Below, one piece after another: positions 62,475 to 64,000 of a stretch of DNA of 64,000 nt. Source of the stretch: an uncultured delta proteobacterium (GTDB lineage Bacteria > Desulfobacterota > Desulfuromonadia > Geobacterales > Pseudopelobacteraceae); contig CAVYYZ010000011.1 in NCBI GenBank assembly GCA_963772835.1, positions 411,107 through 475,106 of the forward strand, in the 5' to 3' direction. A program made the translations under genes and the position numbers. The notes beneath the pieces were generated by a model, which was given only the letters and a program-made list of their open reading frames with translations, was not told the DNA's origin and ran no database searches. Every line of letters begins with the position of its first letter. Within the stretch, counting starts at the first letter, position 1.

Positions 62475-63300
62475 GACGACCATCTCCGCCGCCGACTTCG
62501 ACTTCGTCGCCGATCTGGTGCGGCAACGCATGTGCGCTCGTGCTCGAGCCGGGCAAGGAGTATCTGATCAAGTCCCGCCTCTTGCCGTTGGCGGAGCGAC
62601 ATGGCATCGCGAGCATTGCGCAGTTGATCGACCGACTCCGCGGGTCCGACAATGGCCTGACGACCGAAGTCGTCGAGGCGATGGTCACCACCGAGACCTC
62701 GTTCTTTCGCGACATTCACCCCTTTGAGACGCTCAAGAAAACCGTGCTGCCCGAGTTGATCGAGCCCCGCCGTCGGTGCAGCGACAACTCAACATCTGGT
62801 GCGCCGCCAGTTCCAGCGGCCAGGAGCCTTATTCGATCGCAGTGCTGATTCTCAAAGAGTATTTTCCGGAACTGGACGGCTGGCGGCTCAATCTCACGGC
62901 GACCGACATCTCGCAAGAAATGCTCACCCGCTCCCGCGCCGGGCGATATTCGCAGGTCGAAGTCAATCGCGGGCTGCCGACGCCGCTGCTGCTCAAATGG
63001 TTTCGGCAGGAAGGGGCCTCTGGCAACTCGACGAGCGCATTCGCAGTATGGTCACCTTCTCGCCACTCAACCTCGCCCAACCCTGGCCGGCCATGCCCCA
63101 CTGGGATCTTGGTCTTCTTGCGCAACGTCATGATCTATTTCGACAACGACGTGAAGAAGGCGATCCTCGGCCGCGTCAGCCGCGTGCTCAACAAAGACGG
63201 CTACCTGTTGCTTGGCGGCGCCGAAACCACGCTGGGTCTCGATGATTCGTTCTATCGGATTGAGTCGCTAAAGGCGGGCTTCTATCAGTTGAAGCCGTAA
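62467..63300 (+). pseudogene. cheR: CheR, frameshifted
   Basis: [52 protein letters not shown] across frames. Confidence 0.85.
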
Positions 63301-63443
63301 AGTCGGGGCATGCTTCATGACACCAAAGCCACTTCTTGCTCCGCAGGCATGAATCGGGGTGTTATTAAACCAAAACAGCGAGCGACCGACGTCTTCCTAT
63401 AAAGTTCGTCCGCTTGAATGGAGACACCCGACACATTGAACGC

Positions 63444-64000
63444 CTATTTCTCCCGTTCGCTTTGTGCTTCCTCCGCCGCTTCGATCGATTTGAGAATGTT
63501 TTCCCGCCATGTGCCCTGCAGTTTGTCGAGGTTGGCTCGGTTGGTGCCGGGCCTCGTCATACTGACCGCGTCTGGTTTGGATACGCACGATGCCCTGCAA
63601 CGCACCGTACTCATCTGCCCCACCAATGCGGACCCACGGCCGGCGACGATCGCGCTGGAAATACTTCAAATGCTTTGTCGTCGTCTCCGAGATTGCGTTC
63701 TCGATTTGGGCGAGCATCATTAGCAACAGGGAATCGCGGCTGCGAGGTTCGCTGACCCACGGTAGTGCTTTCGTGAGATCGGCTTCGGCTTTCGATCCAT
63801 CTTTGATGATTGAGTGGGCTCGCCCGCGAAAGTCGTAACCGTCGCCGCGTTTCCAAAAGGGCCATAGAGATAAATCTTCATTGGCGAATTGCGCGATCAC
63901 TTCCGCCGCCTTGCCCCGCGCAAGACTGTGCATCTGCGCAGTTTTCACGGCCTCGACCGAGATGAGCTCAATGATGGTCTCGGCGTTAGCGATACGTCGC
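63444..64000 (-). CDS. Partial (3' end) TPR-containing protein, at least one frameshift; runs off the window
   Basis: TPR-like helix pair DGYDFRGRAHSIIKDGSKAEADLTKAL; a plausible C-terminus continues in another frame (...NILKSIEAAEEAQSEREK*). Confidence 0.4.

Noticed and set aside
59103..64000. High-GC segment as a genomic island, prophage or programmed-frameshift system
   Set aside because: No mobility genes or att/target repeats, both junction genes are 5'-truncated, and the frameshifts are too many and not at evident slippery sites; an artefact is more parsimonious

Overview
Bases 1 to ~59,100 are clean, frameshift-free chromosome of a Geobacteraceae/Desulfuromonadales-like deltaproteobacterium (inferred from gene content and order). 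The first ~18.7 kb is a signal-transduction island: four PAS histidine kinases, an Rcp1-type receiver, an orphan substrate-binding lipoprotein, a ferritin-like protein, a CheB-CheR fusion, two HD-GYP proteins and a HEAT-repeat protein. Housekeeping genes follow (rsmD, coaD, recB, miaB, glnS, era, der). Next is an MCP-less chemosensory cluster ending in a 27-heme c7-polymer cytochrome, then leuS-lptE-holA, rpsT, nadB, purMN and slt-pgsA. At ~59,100, inside a gspB-like gene, the sequence switches abruptly to high-GC, indel-riddled DNA encoding MCP-cheY-cheB-cheR and a TPR protein fragment. This looks like a chimeric join to a poorly corrected read from another organism. The best candidates for undescribed biology are (i) a translationally coupled HEAT-repeat + HD-GYP pair sharing an unnamed ~100-aa N-terminal domain, (ii) a stand-alone DAH7P-synthase ACT-like regulatory domain next to a stand-alone chorismate mutase, and (iii) an unlisted 30-aa SHGICPxC micro-ORF. 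No tRNA, rRNA, CRISPR array, integrase or transposase was recognised. All calls come from manual reading; no database searches were run.
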